Shown: positions 15,801 through 26,002 of the stretch, in pieces
Layout: each line of letters begins with the position of its first letter
Numbering within the stretch: position 1 is the first letter of the stretch
Assembly: GCF_964204645.1 (NCBI RefSeq)
Contig: NC_134028.1
Coordinates: forward strand, 4,030,001 to 4,094,000
Source of the DNA: Tubulanus polymorphus
Taxonomy: Eukaryota > Animalia > Nemertea
DNA: 64,000 nucleotides
Direction: 5' to 3'
Notes under the pieces: generated by a model
Told to the model about the DNA's origin: nothing
Databases searched by the model: none
The model's input: the letters and a program-made list of their open reading frames with translations, nothing else
Translations under genes and position numbers: made by a program

Positions 15801-17869
15801 ATATTAACCTCAAGGACAGCCTGGAAACAGATCCGGATTCACCTCTGATTAACAGATCTTTGCGAAAGAATTTGACCCTACAGTTGTTCACTGACACGAA
15901 CAGTTTTTATGGATTCATGAAAAATCGATTGCTCATACGCGGTTTTATGGAGAATTTGCATGATTTGATACCATTAATCTTTGCTCGCAGTGAGCTGCAC
16001 CAGAGAAACGCTGATACAACATGAGTCAGTTTAATTACGTATAACTAAGCAACAACTTTACATTCCGATTACACAGCGGATCTTAAACTAACCAACAATC
16101 AAAAACAGGCGACGGATAAAATAGCAACTGCCGGTACGAACCGGCTAACATTTTATGAATTTCCCGGTAGAAGTAGTGGGTTCGTAAGGGACACCAAACC
16201 AAAACGAATCAAACAAAATCTACCGATCAAATAGATAACAGGGAAAATACCTATTTTAAGAACAATTTATAAATTCTAATGCAAACTTATTAGAGACAAA
16301 TCCGTTTCAATTTTTGAAATCGCCTGGATTTTTCCGACCATTGTAAAATTCTCCTTAGAGATGCAATTTTTGAGCGCTAAACAACACAGCTGCTATGGCT
16401 CATTACTCAAAACTATTACTATCAAATTATTTTATATGATGGAATGCAATGAAATAAGTGTTCCACTTTTTCGAAGAATTTCACTATGAGTAATTAACGT
16501 TTGTACAATTAGTACGGGGACTTTATAGTTGCTATGGAAACATGACAACAAACAATACAGCAGAGTTAAGTTATAAGTGGCCGGTACCAATACAACTCAT
16601 CTACTTCAGCAGCAGTTCACGTAGACATTCACAAATACTTCTAGCCTACTCCGTCTGCCTGCTGCCTTTTTTGTTCGCTCATTCTCCCTCCCTCCATTTC
16701 TATTGCTGCCACCGAAGCGAATATATACTTTTTCCTGTGAATTTCCAAAATATTTTTCAAGTTCCGCACAAATAGAAGTTTAATTTAGTCGAAATGATGT
16801 TTGAATAGAAATCAGTGATATGGCGTTATCCCATTTACAGTCACATAGAGAAATATAATAGCTATTTGATTCCTGGCAAAACAGCTGACATCAATTCAAT
16901 ATCATATACATGAAACATCAAACGGACTATTCTCAGAGCAGGGAATAGGGACAACTGAGGATTCATACGATTTATAATTCACCACCTTCGTATTTTCATT
17001 ATAATCGCGTTGGACTGGGCAAAGGGTTCTAGACATAACAATTAAGTCACTTCTTTCTGAACCTGAGGCCAGAGTAGCATTCACTAACTGAATACCTCAA
17101 AATTAAGCATAAAATCAAAGAGACTTATAATTATGGAGAGGTGTTCTGAGGAAAACAGCAGAGACTTCCTAATTATAGTGGAATTGCCACTAGGAAAGCT
17201 TCCTATTTGACTAAAGAAATGTCATACAGTTCATGAACACTTTGTGTTGTAGTTTTTGCTGCCCTTCCAGGTATTGTGTTATGTATTTATTCATGAGGAA
17301 TATGCACTAAAGGCCAGCCTGGTGTGATAGACAATGTCACTATGTGTTAACAACAGATTTTAATTTCTTGGGTTTGGGGCATTCTATTAACGTATCCATA
17401 CATATATAAAACACCCTCCAAAATTTCTTTCAGTCTTTGATTGAATCTAAATAATTCTGAAAAATTCATCTAATTTCACCAGGAATGTCCCTCATTCTCT
17501 GGTTTTGATTTCATGAATCAGTTTGATGCTGAAAATCTTAAAGCTAGTTTACAATTTCTAAGTAGAAATCATTTTCTAAATAAAAACTTAATGTTAACCA
17601 GTCCAATGAATTAAATAGGGCTCAAAAAGAACATTCATACACAGCTTTTAAAAAGGATTATGAATAAATCTACTTAAAATGCATATGATTAAATCAAACA
17701 CTCACCCTCTTGATATCAACAATCGGAGGGCATCCAAATTGCCATGGTAGGCCGCCCAAATTGTCGGTGTCATGCCATCTTCATCGGGTCTGTCACAATC
17801 TTGTCGAGTTGCTTCCCGTAACAGATCTAAATAGCCATCCCTGGCAGCTCTGTGGAATCGGTCTTCCAT
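12812..17869 (-). CDS. USH1G: Usher syndrome type-1G protein homolog (SANS; ankyrin repeats, central region, SAM domain, PDZ-binding motif)
   Basis: Exon 17706-17869 ([55 protein letters not shown]) spliced to 12812-14228 ([51 protein letters not shown] domain [35 protein letters not shown]). Ortholog of the USH1G/ANKS4B pair. Confidence 0.94.
16528..16541. promoter_or_regulatory. RFX X-box-like motif in the USH1G intron
   Basis: GTTGCTATGGAAAC fits the X-box consensus GTTNCCATGGNAAC-like. Confidence 0.45.
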
Positions 17870-18174
17870 TCTTATACGACCAACTATACACTGGAAAGCG
17901 CAAGAAATATATATGTATATATATCCCTTATTATTTCCTTATGAAATAAACCCGCGCCGCTTTTCAAAACTTAGCCAGCCAGTTCACTTTCTTCACAGTA
18001 CACAGCTGACTGTGGGAACTCGCTAATTGCCTGTCTATCAAAATCGATTAAACAATCAATGTACGTTCCCGGCTGTAAACAACGCGAGCACATGGGCGCG
18101 AACTGTCACCGGATAGCGACACGGCGACCATTACGCTACCTATCATTCATCACAACATTACGGAATGGAATCTC

Positions 18175-18530
18175 ATGACACTTAAAATGGCAGCCGTTCT
18201 TATTATCATCGCTATCTTTGGCCTGGGCTTGGTGAACTGTGGTTTCTCACCAAATTGGGCTTCGTTAGACAGCCGTCCACTACCAGCATGGTACGATGAA
18301 TCTAAATTCGGAATATTCATACATTGGGGCGCTTTTTCTGTGCCGAGTTACGGAGCACCAGAGGCGGCTTTCTTTTGGAATTTATGGCGAAACCATAACA
18401 AAGCAATAGTCGACTTTGCGAAGGCTAATTATCCGCCGAATTTTACGTATGCAGATTTCGCGAGCCAATTTAAAGCTGAACTGTTTAATCCAGACGAATG
18501 GGCTGAGATAATTGAAGCGTCTGGCGCACG
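18175..18530 (+). CDS. Fucosidase alternative first exon 1a (own signal peptide)
   Basis: M(TLKM)[52 protein letters not shown]; donor CG|gtatgt, phase 2. Confidence 0.85.
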
Positions 18531-21500
18531 GTATGTACGACACTGGACACTGTTGGGTACTGGGATTCGAACCTCCCTTACAACCTTCCTGAAGTAGCGT
18601 TAAAATAGATTGTTTTATTTCTTAATTGACAAATTGTCATACACAATGAAGTAACTAAAGCATGTATTCCTATTCTGAATAGATAGTCTGATTGATTATG
18701 GTTCTAATTATTTTTCGTTATACAATAAAAGTTAATTTAATTGTGTGACCTTACAATAGCGCCTGTGAATAAGTCTCTACTAACCAGGAAGTAAAATGAT
18801 AACAACAACAAACAGAAAATCTCGTGATTCGTCTCATTGTAAGCCGGCATTCAGTTCGACTATTGTTATTCAACTCACTTCTGGATAAGCAGATTATCTC
18901 TGCCTCACTGACTCTTACTTGAGATAATATTTTACGGTTGAAATTTCCATTTCGGGACTGTGGAGGAGCGAGGAGGGGCATTTGCATTTGCTTTTGTTTG
19001 AATTGAATATAGGCCTATATATTCAGTTAAAGATGGAATTGTATCTGTTATTTACCGCTGTTCTATGCCTGCTATCCATAAACATTCGTGATATATCGGG
19101 TCAGTATTCACCGAACTGGGAGTCTCTGGATAAGCGCCCGTTACCGAGCTGGTACGACGAAGCTAAATTCGGAATATTCATTCATTGGGGCGTGTTCTCA
19201 GTGCCTAGTTATAACTCGGAATGGTTTTGGTGGCAGTGGAAAGGTGCGAAAACCCCGAGCACGGTGAATTTCATGAATAAGAATTATCCTCCGGGCTTTT
19301 CTTACGCTGATTTTGCGCCCGACTTCAAAGCTGAATTATTTAACCCCGATGAATGGGCGAATATTTTAGGGGCTTCAGGAGCGAAGTAAGTTTTCACATT
19401 TCTGTTAGGGCCTAATCGGGGATTCATGATGTTTTCATTATTTGAACTACAACAGTTGACCTAGCCCGCATACCAGAAGATGTACGGGTTCCCCTTGTTT
19501 GGGAACAACAGTTAGATACTAGACTACAGATTACCCTACCAGGAAGCTGAAGGAAACATTAGATACCTTTAAAAGGCAGATTAGTTGTAGTTATCACTTA
19601 GAATGAAGTTGTGTTCCGTTGAGCATATAAGTTGCGGTCATTCCGTTGCCCTAGATGTCAAATATTGGCCCTGCAACGTAACTAATTTGAACTTGAACTT
19701 GATATTCTTGTCTATTTGCGCGACATTCTACTGAACTTGAGGACATTTATGACCTAGAATTGATTATATATCTAATCTTTCACTTTTCAGACTAGTAGTT
19801 GAACTACAAAAACATGTATCGGGTATATAATTAAAGAATTGGCATTTTGATATTATACTTATTATTGATGGGAAAAATTAATTGCAAATGACAATAGTTC
19901 ATTCAGGGGTTTAATCGAGGTTTCAGACATGTGATAATCAATGACAGTAGCACATGTTTTAGAATCAATAAAACAGTCAGCTGTTAAAATCACGGGATCT
20001 TCTGCAAATCAATAAACAACTGGGTTATATCACATGTGACCTGAGCTCATTTCCCTGGATCAAATAATTGATAATTTTCTACCATAAAATAGTTAAAGCC
20101 TTGGATATGAATGATAGGATCGCTGTTATCTAGAAATAGAAGTCCTTGACACCCATTCGGGTTTTTTGAGTGGAAGGTTTTTGCATATAGCTAGCTGTTC
20201 ATTTTTAAATGTTACTTTTTAATGCATAAGTCCCCACAAATCTGGTGAATGGTATTAAAAGAACTTTCAACCCCGCTCCCCAAAAAAGAAATTGAAATAC
20301 AACTAAGAAAATGTTTGACTTGTTATGATCAACAATGAATTTGAAAACTACATAATCTATATTTTTGTAGATACGTTGTTTTGACCAGTAAACATCATGA
20401 AGGTTTCATAAACTGGGGCGGGAAATATTCATGGAACTGGAATGCAGTGGATACAGGTCCTCACAGGGATTTAGTAGGTGCGTTAAATGCATTTAAACCG
20501 AAATGATTACCATTTCACAGGTATGAAGACACTTGAATTAATATAAAATGTTCTATTCAAGGTGATTTGGCAAACTCCATCCGAAAGAAAACGAAAGTAC
20601 ATTTTGGCCTTTACTATTCACTGTTCGAATGGTTTCATCCACTGTGGCTTCAAGATAAGGCAAATAATTTTGCGACGAGAGACTTTGTCACTGTAAGTTC
20701 ATTGATTAGTAATCTTAGGTGGTTTCAGGGAGAAATAAAGAGAAAAGTAAAATGTGCATCACTGGGCTGTTTGGTGTCAGATTTGTTTTCTTGGGTGTTA
20801 TTTCCCATTTGAATGTGATTAAGCCTGATTTACTTTCAGAATAAAATGATGCCCGAGATTCATGAATTAATCAACACATTTAAACCAGAGGTTTTATGGT
20901 CTGATGGTGATTGGGAAGCTAGTTGGAAGTATTGGAACAGTACTGGATTCCTGGCATGGCTTTACAATGAAAGGTAGATAAATCTATTAAATACACAGAA
21001 CTTTAGGTTCATTCTAAAATCATGAAGACTAATGAAATACTGAAAAATTATTCAATATCAAGGATTAAGGTCACTCAGAAAATAAAACGCGAAAAGCTAA
21101 ATTGATTTTCTCATGAAAGCTGGCTCACTGGTGCTGGTTTGGTGACAATGAAACCTGATCGCTTTAATCTTCTTTACATAATTACAAAAGTGAATATCAC
21201 ACTATGGTATCGAGCCAACTAATAATAGAGTGAAAATGTTTTATAACCTGCTCCCAGGAGAGGTTCCTGCAGTTATGAAATAATTTGTCACTTCACTCAT
21301 ACGACTGAAACGGTATTGATTTATGAATGGTACAGCACATATCATACAGTATTAATATTACCCAATATACCGTGGTTCTGGTAGTTACATTGAAGCTCAA
21401 TTATATTCACCTTTTTCATGTTGAATCTCGGGCGTCTCGTAATCTTCATAAATGGAGCCCGTTCCTCCAGTCTCTTTAATCTATCCATTATTGATGGGTA

Positions 21501-24302
21501 CGCGAGGTCTCATTCGACACTAGTTTATAATCCTCACGTCAAATTCAGGATCGCTCTCTTCAACTTTAATCTGTTACGATCCATGTCTCGCAATCGGTGA
21601 GAAACATCCACTTTTCCACTGAAATTAAGAGCGTTTTTAAAAACATGAGTAGCGCCACGTTTTAGGCAATTTTGCACTCGAAAAATATGTCAAGTCTACA
21701 TTGCACCTTTATTGTCGTGATATTCAAATAACTATAGATTAGAATATGGATATTTATATGTATGTATTAGTCCTACCTACTGTACAGTATTAATTCCCGA
21801 TTTCAGGTTTAATGAAATGTGCCGAAGCTGTCGTTTGATTTATAACCATCGACGTTTATTATTTCTACGTCATGCAGCCAGGTCGATTGATTCATTCATG
21901 CATGTAGCTCAGTATACACGCTGCTGACTATGCATTTATCGAAGACAAGTCTCACGGAGAATATCCTCTGTGCGTTACTGCGCCGTCTGCGTTAACAAAT
22001 TAAAACCTGAAACTAAATTCCATATCAGGCACGATTTACTCTGATGTGAAAAACCCAATCGAATCCACTCTTGAGATAGATAATAATCGAATTAATTAAG
22101 TCAGCTCGTGAGATCTTCACAAGTTCCCGAGTCCCATTAAGAACATATTCCTGTAAATTGCAGGATGACTGCTTCAGAATTGCCACATTTGCTCGATGAA
22201 GCCTATCGCAACTATTATTATTATCCATTTTGTACAAAACTCTGTTATCGGAAATATGTATGAATAACCACTTTTCCCGGTGAAATACAGCAACTGAAGA
22301 GGCTTTCTTCAGAAGATCTATAAAACGTGCTATCATTTGAAATAATTATTAGGCTACGTTTTATAACTGTATTTCATCTGAATAATGTAACAGGTATCAG
22401 GTTGATGAGAGATATGGCACGGGGTTGATTATGTAAAACATTATTTGAAATGCCTTTTATTGTTCAAACATAATTGGAAACTAATTAGCCTGGTGGTGGA
22501 TAGCCTCGGCCTTATACACAGGTAGATATCCATTTTGATAGCAAGCGATACCAAAAGGTATAAACAAATTGCATATCAAATCCATCTATTTATAAATCTT
22601 TTCAGCCCAGTAAAAGATTATGTCGTGACAAATGACCGCTGGGGTTCGGACGCGCGTTGCAAACACGGCGGATTCTACGACTGCAATGATAAATACGACC
22701 CAGGTACACGAATAACCACGATAACTAATGCTTCTTCTTAACGATTGCTTATTTCAGTCCCGTTAAAGATTCCATCGTAACTAATGATCGATGGGGTAAA
22801 GGGACACTATGCGCACACGGTGGATACTACACTTGTTCAGATAGATATAACCCAGGTATAACTACCGCATAACTATTTAACACTGCACACTAGTAAAGCT
22901 TTATTAATGCCACGATCACACGGATATGATTTGGCCCGGGTCAAACTGGCTCAGATCAGACCCGAGCCAAATTTGGCCTGTGCCCTAATAAGTGTGAAAT
23001 CACTCACTCGTTACTAAAATGCTATCAAAACGGTGCTGTGGCAAGTGAGGTGAGTCAATTACAGAACCTGTTAGCATTCACACGCAATAATTTGACCCTT
23101 TCTAAATTTGGGATGGGTCTGGTTCGACATTTTTGGACGGGCCAAATGTATCAAACAGGCACTGACCCATTTCAACAGTTGGCCCAGGTCATCAACTCTT
23201 GTGTGATTGCGGCTTAACATTAGAAATGAAGAATCTCGTGATTATATTTCTAAATTCGCTATTTCATCATCTATAGGAGTTTTACAGAAACATAAGTGGG
23301 AAAACTGTATGACAATTGACCGTGGATCGTGGGGTTACAGGAGAAATTCTCAACTCAGCGATTATCTAACCATGGATGAAATTACTCAGACTTTGGCTGA
23401 AACCGTCAGGTACGCGATCGATAACACGTTTGAGCTGAATTACCGAGCAACGTGTTTAAATATTCTATGTTGCTGTTTATCTATAGCTGCGGGGGTAATC
23501 TGTTGATGAATATCGGGCCGACTCACGACGGGCGTATCATGCCGATTTTCGAAGAGCGTCTACGACAGATGGGAGACTGGCTGAAGGTGAACGGTGAAGC
23601 TATATACGCCAGTAAACCTTGGATTCATCAAAACGATACCGTCACGAAGGGAGTCTGGTCAGTATCTGTTACTCGTACCGCAGAACGTGGCATTTCTATA
23701 GGATATCATTCATTGAGGAAAGTCACTTCATTAACCCTTTCAGTGCTGAATAATCAATACCCTATAATGCTGAAGGTTATTTAAAAATTCTGAAAAATTC
23801 CACCCTAGTGTGTTGAATAACGGGAATACCACTATAGTGCGTCTACACCGTGGCGCGGTGTATTGTTAGTTACTAATATTTCACTATGTTTGACAGGTGC
23901 TGCCTTCTTTCAAGAGAGATAATTACTAATTACTAATTAAATCAATACACCGCAGTGCGGTGTACTAGCAAAATCCCTCACTGATTCGTACACCGCACTG
24001 CGGTGTAGACGCACTGAAAGGGTTAATCTCTACGACTCAATTTCAGGTATACTTCTCAGAAAACCGTGAATGGAACTGCTGCGTACGCTATTGTCCTCGA
24101 TTGGCCGAAAGGAGATCTGTTTTTGGGAGCACCAGTGCCGACTACGCGTACTACCGTTACTATGTTAGGTGTAGCGAAACCGTTCAAATGGCTGCCCGGG
24201 CCTAAAGGTGGTATCACAATCCACATCCCTCCAATGTCACCGTATGATATGCCGTGTCAGTGGGCCTGGGTTTTCAAACTTGAATATCTTGCATTCCATT
24301 AA
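18175..24302 (+). CDS. FUCA: Alpha-L-fucosidase (GH29, FUCA1/FUCA2-like) with alternative first exons and mutually exclusive exon 5
   Basis: Exon 1a 18175-18530 or 1b 19033-19385; exon 2 20371-20477 ([12 protein letters not shown]); exon 3 20562-20692 ([11 protein letters not shown]); exon 4 20840-20973 (WSDGDW, nucleophile); exon 5a 22606-22703 or 5b 22758-22855 (NDRWG); exon 6 23277-23409 (KWENC); exon 7 23487-23657 ([10 protein letters not shown]); exon 8 24047-24302. All GT-AG and phase-consistent. Confidence 0.95.
19033..19385 (+). CDS. Fucosidase alternative first exon 1b (own signal peptide)
   Basis: [64 protein letters not shown]; donor AA|gtaagt, phase 2. Confidence 0.9.
22606..22703 (+). 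CDS. Fucosidase exon 5a (mutually exclusive)
   Basis: 98 nt, ttttcag|...|gtacac, encodes (S)[32 protein letters not shown](G). Confidence 0.85.
22758..22855 (+). CDS. Fucosidase exon 5b (mutually exclusive)
   Basis: 98 nt, atttcag|...|gtataa, encodes (S)[32 protein letters not shown](G). Confidence 0.85.
22909..23213. mobile_element. MITE-like element in fucosidase intron 5
   Basis: Termini GCCACGATCACAC ... GTGTGATTGCGGC; internal TTGGCCCGGG(T/C)CAA-like repeats. Confidence 0.5.
23735..24022. mobile_element. piggyBac-like non-autonomous element (MITE) in fucosidase intron 7
   Basis: TTAA|CCCTTTCAGTGC ... GCACTGAAAGGG|TTAA: perfect 12-bp TIRs with CCC/GGG ends and TTAA target-site duplication; internal TACACCGCAGTGCGGTGTA-type palindromes. 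Confidence 0.8.
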
Positions 24303-25591
24303 TTTTCTTGTACTTATTCCGATCTTCTTTTTATGTACATACTAATGATCAACTGCTGTAAGCGTCCCTAACTTTGATGTCATCTATTTTCAATTGCTAA
24401 CCATTAAACCTTTATACATGTCATCTTTTCAATTATCAATTGATTTAACAAAGAAAGAAATCAGATCAAACAAAAATTATTTATATAGACTTAAAAAAAT
24501 CTCTGATATACAAGTTGTGACATAAGGGATTTAGTTTTATATATTTATATATTTGTATCATCATACAGTTTGTAGTGTGACTGTATAAAAGGTCTCTTGT
24601 ATATAAAAGATCTCACCTTTCCTGTAAAGTGATCAATGGGAATTATTGTGATGTTTTGAACTATCAATAAAGGTAATAATAATAATATATCATAAAAAAC
24701 ATAGTTTTTTTCTGATTTTGGTGGGTGATTAACTCGTTATCGTGAACTGATTGAACACAGGCCGTATAGCAAAACACTGACAGACATGGTGTTATAGCGA
24801 GTGTCCTCGTCCCTGACCCAGAACGCAGAAAAAAAAGAACTGAACTGTGGAGTTTTTATCAAATACAATCATTTTAAAACAGATTTATTTCTGAATTGCA
24901 CAATATCCGATGTCAAAGGCTTGAATAACAAATAAACTGATCACAGTTGAGACAAATCACTATTATTCAGTTGTTAGAACGTATATTGCTCTATGTGTAA
25001 TAGTTACCGATAACGCTATAATGCTCTTCATATATAACTACACGTAGGCTTGTGCAAATAATTTATACCATGCATTTGCAAAAAACATATATAAAATTCT
25101 ACTCGAACTACATTCATTGCTTTGGAAGGTCCAAAAAGATTAACTTTGTTGTAAAACATATCTAGAATTACATGTTAAATATATACCACACCTTCGCGTA
25201 GAAATTACATATGAAAAATAATCTTCATGATCACGAGCGTAAAAGTCTACCACCGAGAGCAGCTTACAACACGTTATAACACAGATCATACAATAACATC
25301 CCTGATTGATTTGTGTAAAAAAATGACATGGAATTCTTCCAACGATTCTAGTTTAGATTAATCTTCACACTCACTGCCAGCAGTCAGATTATATTGGTCA
25401 AAACGTTTTCATTTAGCAAACAGCAACTCAACAATTAATAACAAACAAACGCTTAGCCTCTTAATACAATGCGAACAAATCATAGACTAGGGAAAGAGTG
25501 GTGTGGGAGATGGAGAGTTTCAGGAGTTCATTAGACTGAGGGCAAGAGGGAAAGGTTTAAAAGCAGGTAGGGAAAGGCAATTTTAGACTGG

Positions 25592-25680
25592 GGTGAGGGG
25601 GAGAGAGGGAGGGAGGCAGGAAGGAAGGGAGGGAGGCAGGAAGGAAGGGAGGAAGGGAGGGAGGGAGGGTGGGAGGGAGA
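25592..25680 (+). repeat. Purine-rich (GGGA/GGAA/GGCA)n low-complexity tract in the presumed TECPR1 3' UTR
   Basis: About 90 bp almost entirely G/A on the + strand. Confidence 0.8.
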
Positions 25681-26002
25681 GGCCGAGGTGACCCTATAAA
25701 TCCGAGTACAGTAAAAGTCCGTTATAATGCTACTGTTGGGACCATTGAAAAACATGGCATAATAACGAATTTGTCAGCATTATCAAGAATGGTATTTTCA
25801 TTGAAGTTGAGTTTGATCGAGCAAATTTTTTCTTTGAAAAATGTCGGCAATAAGTGAGCAGTAAGTAGCATCAAAGAAGATGCTGTTATTACTGACTTTG
25901 TCTGTACACTCAAATATATGGGAAGGAAGTTAGGAGGGAAACAGTGGGTAGGGGAGAAAATGTTACTCATCTGAAGGCGGGCAGCTAGTCAATATCAATG
26001 GT

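Noticed and set aside
18175-19389. Two complete tandem fucosidase genes
   Set aside because: Only exon 1 and exon 5 are duplicated; exons 2-4 and 6-8 occur once, so this is one gene with alternative exons.
19791-19845. Possible decayed copy of fucosidase exon 2 after a ttttcag acceptor
   Set aside because: Only a few codons resemble VVLTTKH, the frame is broken and there is no matching donor; too weak to call.
25531-25755. Pro/Ser/Leu-rich 74-aa ORF
   Set aside because: Translation of the purine-rich simple repeat.
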